Assembly: GCA_964637665.1 (NCBI GenBank)
Contig: CAZWUX010000005.1
Location: 932 to 41,471, forward strand
Reading direction: 5' to 3'
Source: an uncultured Anaerolineae bacterium
Lineage (GTDB): Bacteria > Chloroflexota > Anaerolineae > Aggregatilineales > UBA3940
Length of the DNA stretch: 40,540 bases
Under the pieces are notes generated by a model. It saw only the letters and a program-made list of their open reading frames with translations. It was not told the DNA's origin and made no database searches. Position 1 is the stretch's first letter. Every line of letters begins with the position of its first letter. Of the stretch, positions 24,136-32,416 are shown piece after piece. The position numbers and the translations under genes are program-made.

Positions 24136-25335
24136 CTACGTGTCGTCTCCTTCGACCTCGGTCTGCTGGCGTGGCGCGAACGGTTTCTCGTATAAACGGT
24201 ACGTCTTATAGACTCTAGCGCCGAGCATCCTAATGGCGCGGTTCATCATATCGTTATTCGCCAGAATCCACGACATCTCGATGTTCATATAGCCTGCCGA
24301 AAGCCCCGCCTTGATCATCTCGTAATAGAGCAGCGCGTCCGCGCCCGACCCCCGGTATTCGTCCAGCACGCCGAGCGCCCAGGCGCGTATACTCGAAATC
24401 CCCCCGGCGATCTTCCAGTGCCACAGCAGCCGTAAAAGCTGCCACCAGTGCGGCTCGCCGGGCTTGCTGTTCGCCTTGCGCAGCGGCTCGTAGATGTTGG
24501 GGAGCGGCAGCCCGAAGGCGATTGGCTCACCCTCCACCTCGACGACGAACGTGACTCGCGGATCGATGATCGCCTTCAACTCCTCGGCAACGTGGTCGAT
24601 CTCCTCGTCCGTGAAGGGCACGAATCCCCAGTTTTTCGACCACGCCTGATTGTAGACGCGCTTGACGATCGCGATCTCCCGGTCGAAGTGGCGCATATCC
24701 GCGTTCCGCAGGGTGAAATTGCGGCGCTCGCGGATCTTGTTGACGACCCGCGTCAGCTTCTCCGGCAGCTTGTCGACCTTGCGCCCGCCCCATTCGTTCC
24801 CGTCGAAGTGCCACGCCCACAGGTCCATCTCCTGGACCATGCCGGGGTAGCTCTCGACGAATTCCTGATAGTAGGGGCGCGCGTGCGACATCATGACCAT
24901 CGGCGGCGTGTCGAAGCCGTCGATCAGCAGACCCAGTTCGCTGTTCGTGCTGAACGTCGCCGGTCCGATCATCCGGTCGACCCCGCGCTCGCGCAGCCAC
25001 GCCTCCGCCGCTGCGAGCAGGCCGTGCGCGGCCTCGCGATCCTCCAGCACTTCGAACTGGCCGAACCAGCCCGCATTCTCCTCCTGAAAATCGTTGTAGT
25101 GATGGTTGACGTGCGCGATGATCGTGCCGACGGGCCTATCGTCGCGCCATGCGACGTACTTCTTGAGGTCGATGTGGCGCAGTTCGATGTTGTATTCCGG
25201 GTCGAAGAAGCGAACGTGGTCGCGCCACAGCGGGGCAACCCGGTTCGGATCGTCGGCGTAAATCTCCCAGGGTAGGCGCAGAAAAGCCTCATTTTCGGCG
25301 TCGGTGCTGACTTCGTGGATGTCAAGCTCGCTCAT
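24136..25335 (-). CDS. Putative GNAT-like N-acyltransferase family protein (about 400 aa)
   Basis: The sequence flavour (LPWEIYADDPNRVAPL..., C-terminal YRGSGADALLYYEM resembling an acyl-CoA binding R/Q-x-x-G-x-G/A segment) suggests the GNAT superfamily. The family assignment is tentative. Its stop abuts the receiver gene's start. Confidence 0.5.
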   Translation of the reverse strand: MSELDIHEVSTDAENEAFLRLPWEIYADDPNRVAPLWRDHVRFFDPEYNIELRHIDLKKYVAWRDDRPVGTIIAHVNHHYNDFQEENAGWFGQFEVLEDREAAHGLLAAAEAWLRERGVDRMIGPATFSTNSELGLLIDGFDTPPMVMMSHARPYYQEFVESYPGMVQEMDLWAWHFDGNEWGGRKVDKLPEKLTRVVNKIRERRNFTLRNADMRHFDREIAIVKRVYNQAWSKNWGFVPFTDEEIDHVAEELKAIIDPRVTFVVEVEGEPIAFGLPLPNIYEPLRKANSKPGEPHWWQLLRLLWHWKIAGGISSIRAWALGVLDEYRGSGADALLYYEMIKAGLSAGYMNIEMSWILANNDMMNRAIRMLGARVYKTYRLYEKPFAPRQQTEVEGDDT

Positions 25336-25427
25336 AATGTCTCCCCTCTGGCGGTCGGGTGCCCGTGTCCGGCGGTTGTGAATGAAATGATGAATGCTCC
25401 GGCGGTGAGTCTCTGTGGGATGCGCCG

Positions 25428-26201
25428 TCAGGCGTTCATCTCCCAGATCAGGCGCAGGCCGTCGAGCGTCAGATTAGGGGCGATGGCCTGGATCACGTCT
25501 GTGTGCTCCGCGAAGACCGGCGCAAGTCCGCCGGTTGCGATCACCTTCACGTCGTCTTCGCCCAGCTCCGCAGTGATGCGCGCCACCAGCCCTTCGATCA
25601 ATCCCACGTAGCCCAGAAACAGCCCGCTCTGCATTGCGTGCTGCGTATTTCGACCGATGGCCGCCGGGGGCGCGGTGAGATCGACTGTGACGAGCCGCGC
25701 CGCCCGGCTGACGAGCGCGTCGTGCGCCAGCCAGATGCCCGGCGCAATCGCCCCGCCCAGGTAGCCGCCGTCGCCGTTCACCACGTCGAACGTCGTCGCG
25801 GTGCCGAAGTCGATCACGATGGCCGGGACACCGTACAGCGCGCGGACCGCCGTCGCATTGACGATCCGGTCCGCCCCGATCTCCTGCGGGTTGTCAAGCA
25901 GGATGTCGACGCCGCTCTCGACTTCGTGGGTGATGTTGAGCGGCGTCACGCCGAGGTAGCGTTCGGCCATCTCGATGAAACGCGGCGTCAGAATCGGGAC
26001 GACACTCGCCAGCACGGCGGCGTCCACGTCGTCGAACGCCAGCCCCTCCTCCTCGAAGAAATTCCGCAGCAGCACTGCGTACTCATCACCCATCCGCTCG
26101 TGGACGGTCTGCGAGCGCCACGTAGACAGCCAGCTGCCCGCCTCGCGGTCGTAGACGCCGAAGTGGATATTGGTATTGCCGATGTCGATGGCGAGCAGCA
26201 T
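25428..26201 (-). CDS. coaX: Type III pantothenate kinase
   Basis: LLAIDIGNTNIHFGVY, GADRIVNA and IVIDFGTATTFD. Start trimmed to the ATG at 26201 so it does not overlap panC. Confidence 0.9.
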   Translation of the reverse strand: MLLAIDIGNTNIHFGVYDREAGSWLSTWRSQTVHERMGDEYAVLLRNFFEEEGLAFDDVDAAVLASVVPILTPRFIEMAERYLGVTPLNITHEVESGVDILLDNPQEIGADRIVNATAVRALYGVPAIVIDFGTATTFDVVNGDGGYLGGAIAPGIWLAHDALVSRAARLVTVDLTAPPAAIGRNTQHAMQSGLFLGYVGLIEGLVARITAELGEDDVKVIATGGLAPVFAEHTDVIQAIAPNLTLDGLRLIWEMNA

Positions 26202-26205
26202 CCGT

Positions 26206-27054
26206 CTAAAGTTCCTCTCTGCCGACCAGCATATTGTCAATCAGCCGCGTCTCTCCGACGTAAACGGCCATACTGAGCAGGCCCGCCTTAACCGGGCCGC
26301 CGAGTTCTTTCAGCGTCGTCGGGTCGGCAGCGCTGACGTACTCCGGGCGGGCCAGCGCCTCACTGGCTAAAATAGCGGCCATCGTCTCGCGCAGGTGGTC
26401 GGCCTCTGTGCGGCCCGCTTCCCACTCTGCGACGGCGGCTGACAGCGCCTTGTAAAGCGCTGACGCCGCCGCCCGCTCGGCGGGGTTGAGGAGCGCGTTC
26501 CGGCTGGAGAGCGCCAGCCCGTCCGGCTCCCGCACGATGGGGCAGACCCGTAGTTCGAGCGGGAAGGCGAGGTCGCGCACCATCTGCCGGATGGTGACGA
26601 CCTGCTGGGCGTCTTTCTGCCCGAAATACGCAACGGTCGGCTGTACCACGTTAAACAACTTGGCGACGACGGTGGTTACGCCCTTGAAATGGCCGGGCCG
26701 GTGCGCGCCCTCAAGCGGCTGCGTCACCTCTGCGACCTCGACCGTCGTCTGGTAGCCGGGCGGGTACATGTCGCCCTCCGTCGGGGCCCACACGAGGTCG
26801 ACGCCCTCCGCGGCGAGCAGGTCCGCATCGCGGCCCAGATCGCGGGGGTAGGCGGCCAGATCGTCGGGGTTGTTGAACTGGGTCGGATTGACGAAGACGC
26901 TCACCGCGACGCGCTCATTTTCCTCCCGCGCCCGCCTCACGAGCGAGAGGTGCCCGTCGTGCAGCGCACCCATCGTCGGGACGAGCCCCCACGACGGCCC
27001 GGCCCCCACCCGGCGAATAGCCCGTACCTGCTCGATGCCGCTGACAATCTCCAT
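26206..27054 (-). CDS. panC: Pantoate--beta-alanine ligase
   Basis: VPTMGALHDGHLSLV (HIGH-type), VSVFVNPTQF and GQKDAQQ. The ATG at 27054 has GAAGGAAG 7 nt upstream; a GTG at 27069 is the alternative start. Confidence 0.9.
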   Translation of the reverse strand: MEIVSGIEQVRAIRRVGAGPSWGLVPTMGALHDGHLSLVRRAREENERVAVSVFVNPTQFNNPDDLAAYPRDLGRDADLLAAEGVDLVWAPTEGDMYPPGYQTTVEVAEVTQPLEGAHRPGHFKGVTTVVAKLFNVVQPTVAYFGQKDAQQVVTIRQMVRDLAFPLELRVCPIVREPDGLALSSRNALLNPAERAAASALYKALSAAVAEWEAGRTEADHLRETMAAILASEALARPEYVSAADPTTLKELGGPVKAGLLSMAVYVGETRLIDNMLVGREEL

Positions 27055-27111
27055 CTGGTCTTCCTTCACTCCATACGATGTTATGTTGATGTCGCCGATA
27101 TCGGGCCGCCG

Positions 27112-27633
27112 CTACGTTTCGCGCTGCCACGTTTCATAGCGGACGACCTGATCGATGTCCTTACGCCGCTTGAAGGTGGGCTCATCTGCCGGGAACCCCA
27201 GCGGCGTCATGACGACGGGTTCCGTGCCATCCGGCAGGCCGAGCACGTCCCTCGCCGCCGCCGGGTCGAAGTCGGCGATCCAGCAGGTGCCTAGCCCCAG
27301 GTCGGTGGCCGCCAGAATCAGGTGATCCATCGCGATCGCCACGTCGACCCACGCATAATTCCGCCCATCGGCGCTGGTCCATGCCTCACCCGTGACGGCC
27401 ACTGCCGCGATGACGACCGGGGCCTCGACGAACCAGTCCCGCTCGTAGATGCGCTTTAGCTCATCCCGCCGTCCGGCGGTCGGGACGACGATCAGCCGGA
27501 AGGGCTGGTTGTTATGGGCGGAGGGCGCTAACCGGGCCGCCTCCAACACCTGGGCGAGCATGTCCTCCGGCACCGGGTCGGGATGGTAATCGCGGACGCT
27601 GTAGCGAATTTCGGCCAATTCCAGAAAATCCAT
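27112..27633 (-). CDS. Nitroreductase family protein
   Basis: RYSVRDYHPDPVPEDML..LEAARLAPSAHNNQPFRLIVV. The ATG at 27633 has AAGGAG 7 nt upstream. Confidence 0.85.
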   Translation of the reverse strand: MDFLELAEIRYSVRDYHPDPVPEDMLAQVLEAARLAPSAHNNQPFRLIVVPTAGRRDELKRIYERDWFVEAPVVIAAVAVTGEAWTSADGRNYAWVDVAIAMDHLILAATDLGLGTCWIADFDPAAARDVLGLPDGTEPVVMTPLGFPADEPTFKRRKDIDQVVRYETWQRET

Positions 27634-27689
27634 CGGGCGGCTCCTTGTCATGCGGCGGGGAGTCAGGCAAAAAGAATGGGCAGCGCACG

Positions 27690-28613
27690 TCAGATACGGT
27701 GTAGCGCAGTCTCCTCGCGGGCCTTGATCAGCCCATACAGCAGCGCGGTTGTCGGGGTAGGGACGTTGTTGGCGCGGCCCTCACGGATGACGGCCCCGGC
27801 GATCGCCTCGATCTCGGTCGGGGCGCCGCGCTTCACATCCTGAAGCATCGAGGAATAATTGGCCGCCGTTGCCTCCGCGACACGCGCGGCCTCGGCGGCG
27901 GGATCATCATAAGGAAGCGTGATGCCCTTCGCCTCGGCGACCCGCGCGACCTCACGCGCGGCGCTCGCCATCAACTGCCGCGCCCACGCCGATTCGAGCA
28001 GCGCGCCATTCGGCACTTCGAGCAGCGCCGTCAGCGGGTTGATCGCGACGTTGGCGACGAGCTTCCCCCACACGAGCGCGCTGACATCCTCCGCCACCTC
28101 GACGGCGAACCCGGCCTGATCCAGCAGGGCGGCGAGCGTCTGCACCGCCGGGCCGATCTCCCTCCGGCTCGCCAGAATTGTCTTGCCCTGCCCTGCGTAG
28201 CGCAGCACGCCGGGCCGCTCGACCGTCGCGCCCTCCGTCGTGACGCCCTGCGCTGCCCGCACCGGGCCGGTGTGCCGGGCGATAATGTCGAGGTTGCCCA
28301 GCCCGTTCTGGAGCGTCAGCGCGATGCCGTCCGGCTTGAGCAGCCCGGTAGCCTGCCGCGCGACGGCATCCGTGCGGGGGGATTTCGTCAGGATCAGCGC
28401 TGCGTCGACCGGGCCGATGCTGTCCACGTCGTCAGTCGCATGCAGATCGGCGTATTCCTCGTAGTGATCGGGATGCACGATGCGCAGCCGGGCGCGGCGC
28501 AGCATGTCGATCTGCTCCCGCCACCGTCCGGCGAGCGTCACGTCAGCCACCTTCGACAGCCCCGCACCGAACAGGCAGCCCATCGCCCCGACGCCGAAAA
28601 TCACGATCTTCAT
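27690..28613 (-). CDS. panE: 2-dehydropantoate 2-reductase (ketopantoate reductase, ApbA/PanE family)
   Basis: MKIVIFGVGAMGCLFG Rossmann N-terminus and the C-terminal SMLQDVKRGAPTEIEAI motif. Start trimmed to the ATG at 28613; the 56-codon ORF extension overlaps panB. Confidence 0.85.
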   Translation of the reverse strand: MKIVIFGVGAMGCLFGAGLSKVADVTLAGRWREQIDMLRRARLRIVHPDHYEEYADLHATDDVDSIGPVDAALILTKSPRTDAVARQATGLLKPDGIALTLQNGLGNLDIIARHTGPVRAAQGVTTEGATVERPGVLRYAGQGKTILASRREIGPAVQTLAALLDQAGFAVEVAEDVSALVWGKLVANVAINPLTALLEVPNGALLESAWARQLMASAAREVARVAEAKGITLPYDDPAAEAARVAEATAANYSSMLQDVKRGAPTEIEAIAGAVIREGRANNVPTPTTALLYGLIKAREETALHRI

Positions 28614-28626
28614 GCGTCCGCCCTGC

Positions 28627-29472
28627 TCAGTCATCGAACTCGGCCTCGATTGCCTTCCATACCTCGTCATCCATGCTGAAGCTGTGCGCCTCCGCGGGGA
28701 AGGCCCCGCTGCGCACGTCGTCTCGGTAGGCCTCGAAGGCGGCCTGCATCGCCTGCCCGATCTCGGCGTAGCGTTTGACAAACGTCGGCGTGAAGCGGTC
28801 GAACAGCCCGATCAGGTCGTGGGTGACGAGCACCTGGCCGTCGCAGCCCGCCCCCGCGCCGATGCCGATGGTCGGCACGTCGACCCGCCGCGTGATCAAT
28901 CCGGCCAGCCGCGCGGGGATGCCCTCCAGCACGATGCTGAACACCCCTGCCTCCGCCAGCGCCTCCGCATCCCGCACGATCTGCCGCGCGCCGTCCAGCG
29001 CCTTCCCCTGAATACGCATCCCACCAAAAGCCCTGACACTCTGCGGCGTCAGGCCGATGTGCCCCTGCACGGCGATTCCGACGCTGACCAGCCCTCGGAC
29101 CGTGCTTGCCATCGGCTCCCCGCCCTCGATCTTGACCGCGTCCGCGCCTCCTTCGGACAGCATCCGCGCCGCATTTCTTTTTGCTTCGTCCTCTGTGACC
29201 TGATAGGTCATAAACGGCATGTCACCGACGACGAGCGCGCGCTGCACCCCGCGCCGCACCGCCTGGCAGTGGACGATCATCATGTCGAGTGTGACGGGCA
29301 GCGTCGTCTCGTAGCCGTGCACGACCATCCCCGCCGAATCGCCGACGAGCACGAGGTCGATCCCCGCCCGGTCGACGAGCAGCCCGGTCGGATAGTCATA
29401 GGCTGTCAGCGCGGTGATGCGTTCGCCGCGCGTTTTCATGTCACGCAGGGTGTGAAGGGTAACCTTCTCCAA
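28627..29472 (-). CDS. panB: 3-methyl-2-oxobutanoate hydroxymethyltransferase
   Basis: ITALTAYDY, LVGDSAGMVVHGYETTLPVT, VKIEGG, GHIGLTPQS and IGIGAG. TTG start with GAGGAG 6 nt upstream. Confidence 0.9.
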   Translation of the reverse strand: MEKVTLHTLRDMKTRGERITALTAYDYPTGLLVDRAGIDLVLVGDSAGMVVHGYETTLPVTLDMMIVHCQAVRRGVQRALVVGDMPFMTYQVTEDEAKRNAARMLSEGGADAVKIEGGEPMASTVRGLVSVGIAVQGHIGLTPQSVRAFGGMRIQGKALDGARQIVRDAEALAEAGVFSIVLEGIPARLAGLITRRVDVPTIGIGAGAGCDGQVLVTHDLIGLFDRFTPTFVKRYAEIGQAMQAAFEAYRDDVRSGAFPAEAHSFSMDDEVWKAIEAEFDD

Positions 29473-29537
29473 GCGGTTCTCCTCGGCGGCAGGGAAAGCG
29501 CCCGCAGGCTCTGAGGCGGGCGCGCTCTGGCGGCCTC

Positions 29538-29566
29538 ATTGTAGCGTTGTGGTCAGGGGGCGGCAA
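29538..29566 (-). promoter_or_regulatory. Candidate sigma-70-type promoter for the pan operon
   Basis: On the minus strand, TTGCCG (29566-29561), a 17-nt spacer, then TACAAT (29543-29538), about 60 nt upstream of the panB start. Confidence 0.3.
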
Positions 29567-29591
29567 ATACCCTGCCGCCGGTTTGTGAATT

Positions 29592-29620
29592 TTGACATTT
29601 ATTTTGGCCCGCGCTATAGT
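29592..29620 (+). promoter_or_regulatory. Near-consensus sigma-70-type promoter facing the Rieske/cytochrome genes
   Basis: TTGACA (29592-29597), a 17-nt spacer, then TATAGT (29615-29620). It implies a leader of about 260 nt to the ATG at 29890. Confidence 0.4.
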
Positions 29621-29889
29621 GTTGCGCATAACCATGACTATCGCGATAATATTTATCATATAACGATACGCGCGTTTTAGCTTGCGTAGTTTACCCGGCT
29701 TTGTTGTATAATAGCTGCCGCGTCTGTTCCCTCAAGCCCTTTTCCGGGCCTCGATTGAGAGGCCTGTGAGGGGAGGCGGAGCGCATTTTCCTTAACGTCT
29801 TCCAGCCCCACGTCAGTCGCGGCTGGCGTAAACGGCCACCAACCCACAATGAAGAGGCGCCACACGCCTCAACAGGAGGAGTATCTCAC

Positions 29890-30456
29890 ATGATGGAGGC
29901 TGCCATCGAGAACCCGCGCCCGATGAACCGGCGCGAGTTCATGTTCTATATCTGGGGGGCGTCAATGACGCTGGCGATGGCCGGTTCGGCGGGCGTCGTG
30001 CTGTGGTTTGCCTACCCCCGCTTCCGTGAGGGCGAATTCGGCGGCCTGTTCAGCGTTCCGGTCAGCGCGGTGCCACAGTTGGACAGCCCCCCGCAGGAGA
30101 ATCCGCAGGGTCGTTTCTGGCTGGTCAACACGGATGACGGTGTGCTGGCGCTTTACAAGGTCTGCACCCATCTCGGCTGCCTGTATAAATGGGTCCCGAG
30201 CAACGACCGGTTTGAATGCCCCTGTCATGGCTCTAAATTCCATAAAGATGGCAATTGGATCGAAGGCCCCGCGCCCCGCAATCTGGACCGCTTCGTGATC
30301 CAGGCGGTCGACGCGAACGGCGAGGTCGTCGCCGAGACGCCGACCGGCGATGCCAACACCGATCCACAGGCGGGCAACCCGATCACGCTCCCGGCGGAGG
30401 CCGTCGAACTGCAAATCGACACAGGCGACCGCGTTAAAGGGGCGCTGCACGACTGA
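29890..30456 (+). CDS. Rieske [2Fe-2S] protein, b6f/bc-type, with Tat-like signal anchor
   Basis: CTHLGC...CPCHGS boxes (CTHLGCLYKWVPSNDRFECPCHGSKF) followed by GPAPRNL. NRREFMF twin-arginine motif plus a hydrophobic helix. AGGAGGAG upstream. Confidence 0.9.
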   Translation: MMEAAIENPRPMNRREFMFYIWGASMTLAMAGSAGVVLWFAYPRFREGEFGGLFSVPVSAVPQLDSPPQENPQGRFWLVNTDDGVLALYKVCTHLGCLYKWVPSNDRFECPCHGSKFHKDGNWIEGPAPRNLDRFVIQAVDANGEVVAETPTGDANTDPQAGNPITLPAEAVELQIDTGDRVKGALHD

Positions 30457-30540
30457 TATCTGCTTCCTTCTTCTTTAAAAGGAGGCGTTGAAGGAGCCAT
30501 TTATCGATGCAATCTAATCTTGCCGGGGAGACACTGGCCG

Positions 30541-31467
30541 ATGGCCGATAACGAAGCCGAGGTTTACGAGGAGGAACGCCCGCACAGCAGCGGCCTGAAG
30601 AGCTTCTTCGTCGACACGATGTCGCTTGAGCAGCGGCAGCTTTTTGGCACGCTCATTTTTTTCGCCATTATTCTCGTCGCCGGATGGGTGGGCGTCAACG
30701 AGCCGAGACGGATGCAGACCTTTACCACGCAGTACGAGGGCCGCTCCATCGAGCGCGGCGCGGTGATCTTCAACCAGAACTGCTCGTCCTGTCATGGTCT
30801 CGACGGCAGGGGGCTGGAGGGCGTCGCCCCCGCGCTGAACAGCCCGGCGCTGTTTGACGGAACGCGCCTCTCCGAACTCGGCTGGACCGGCACGCTGTAC
30901 GACTACGTCCAACTGACCGTCTCCGCCGGACGCCCCGCCAAGAGCGGCGACTGGCCCCAGCCGATGCCCACCTGGAGCCAGGAGTACGGCGGCCCGATGC
31001 GCCCCGATCAGGTTCGCGACGTGGTGAACTACGTCATGAACTATGGGAAATTCTACGAAGAGGGCTACGAGGGCGAGATACCCGAAGTCGCGCTGCCCAC
31101 CGAGGAAGCGCCGTCCTATGAGCCGGTCGGGACCGATGTCACCGCCGAACTGCCTGAGGGCGACCCGGCGCGCGGAGAGGCGCTCTTTACCGGCGAGGAG
31201 CTTGCGCCGGACGGGACGAATCTGGCCTGCACGAGCTGCCACTCACTGGACGGCTCCGTGCTCGTCGGCCCATCGTTGCAGGGAATCGGGAGCATAGACT
31301 TGCCCGAAGGCTACGACTCGCTCGACATGTACCTGCACGAATCCATCGTCCAGCCGCAGGCCTACAAGGTGCCGGGCTTCGAGGATATCAACATGCCCGA
31401 TACCTTCGGCGAGCGGCTCGACGCGCAGAGTCTGGCAGACCTGATCGCCTTCCTGAAGACTCAGTAG
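30541..31467 (+). CDS. Membrane-anchored dihaem cytochrome c
   Basis: Two CxxCH motifs (CSSCHG, CTSCHS) and an N-terminal TM helix LFGTLIFFAIILVAGWVGV. The start is uncertain (ATG 30541 chosen; in-frame TTG at 30520 in the ORF track). Confidence 0.85.
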   Translation: MADNEAEVYEEERPHSSGLKSFFVDTMSLEQRQLFGTLIFFAIILVAGWVGVNEPRRMQTFTTQYEGRSIERGAVIFNQNCSSCHGLDGRGLEGVAPALNSPALFDGTRLSELGWTGTLYDYVQLTVSAGRPAKSGDWPQPMPTWSQEYGGPMRPDQVRDVVNYVMNYGKFYEEGYEGEIPEVALPTEEAPSYEPVGTDVTAELPEGDPARGEALFTGEELAPDGTNLACTSCHSLDGSVLVGPSLQGIGSIDLPEGYDSLDMYLHESIVQPQAYKVPGFEDINMPDTFGERLDAQSLADLIAFLKTQ

Positions 31468-31581
31468 CGGCGGCACGCTGGCTGCCCTGAACGTGACAGA
31501 TGAGGGCGGCGCTGCCCTGTGGCGGCAGCCGCCCTGTTGTTCCCCTCAGGGGCTTGCTGCTGATCGCTGTTGGAGGCCACA

Positions 31582-32412
31582 ATGCGCTTGCGAAAGATCA
31601 TCTTTCCCGCCGGAGTGATTGGGCTGCTCGCCGCCGCGCTGGCGGTCGCCGGTCCGGTCACCGCGCAGGATGGGGGCGACCCGGAGAACGGCGCGGCGTT
31701 GTATGCATCGAACTGCCTCGTGTGTCACGGCCCGAACGGCGAGGGCCGGGTCGGGGCGACGCTCGATCAGGTGTTCGCGACGATCGACACGGATACTTTC
31801 CTCACCGAGGCCATCAGCCGGGGTGTTCAGGGGTCGATGATGCCCGCCTGGAGCCAGAACTTCGGCGGCCCGCTGACCTCCAGCGAGGTTCAGGACATCG
31901 TCGCCTACATCGAGTCGTGGGGAACGGCCATTGAGCCGCCCGTGCCCGCCCCAGGCCCACCCCCGCAGAACATCCCACCCGTGCCGGAGGTCGACGGCGA
32001 CCCGGAGGCCGGGTACACCGTCTACGCGCAGAACTGTGTCGCCTGTCACGGCCCGGAGGGCGAGGGCCGCATTGGCGCGACGCTGGACAGGCCATTTTCC
32101 GCCATCTCGCCCGACGCCTTCATCGTCCAGACCGTCAGCCGGGGGGTCGAGGGATCGCTGATGCCACCCTTCGCCCAGGCAAACGGCGGCCCACTCACCG
32201 AGCAGCAAATCAACGACGTGGCGGCCTACGTCTTCAGCATCCAGCGGACGGCTCCCGCGCCTTCAGGCGAGCGGGTCGGGCGCGGCAGCGCGCTGCCGCT
32301 GGTCTTCATCCTGATCGGTGTCCTCGTCGTCATTATCGCGCTGGGGGTGAGCGTGCAGCGGCGCGGAGGCGAGACACCCGGCCCGCCGGATCATGAACAC
32401 GACGATCACTAG
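31582..32412 (+). CDS. Dihaem cytochrome c (two tandem class-I domains) with signal peptide, C-terminal TM anchor and His/Asp-rich tail
   Basis: Internal duplication DPENGAALYASNCLVCHGPNGEGRVGATLD / DPEAGYTVYAQNCVACHGPEGEGRIGATLD, each followed by G(S)xMP. TM helix LPLVFILIGVLVVIIALGV. Tail PPDHEHDDH. The ATG at 31582 has GGAGG 6 nt upstream. Confidence 0.85.
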   Translation: MRLRKIIFPAGVIGLLAAALAVAGPVTAQDGGDPENGAALYASNCLVCHGPNGEGRVGATLDQVFATIDTDTFLTEAISRGVQGSMMPAWSQNFGGPLTSSEVQDIVAYIESWGTAIEPPVPAPGPPPQNIPPVPEVDGDPEAGYTVYAQNCVACHGPEGEGRIGATLDRPFSAISPDAFIVQTVSRGVEGSLMPPFAQANGGPLTEQQINDVAAYVFSIQRTAPAPSGERVGRGSALPLVFILIGVLVVIIALGVSVQRRGGETPGPPDHEHDDH

Positions 32413-32416
32413 GAGC

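Noticed and set aside
29677-29865. A 62-aa minus-strand ORF within the panB/Rieske divergent region.
   Set aside because: No Shine-Dalgarno sequence and no motifs. It lies in a promoter or leader region, and its composition differs from real genes here.
30507-30551. A 14-codon upstream ORF (MQSNLAGETLADGR) with AAGGAG 10 nt upstream, overlapping the ATG of the first dihaem cytochrome gene.
   Set aside because: It may reflect translational coupling, or it may simply show that I chose the wrong start for the cytochrome gene. It is too short to support from sequence alone.
31500-31934. Alternative-frame ORFs overlapping the second dihaem cytochrome gene (31500-31934 on the plus strand, 31546-32208 on the minus strand).
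   Set aside because: The frame with the two CxxCH motifs, signal peptide and TM anchor is clearly the coding one. The others are Arg/Gly-rich artefacts.
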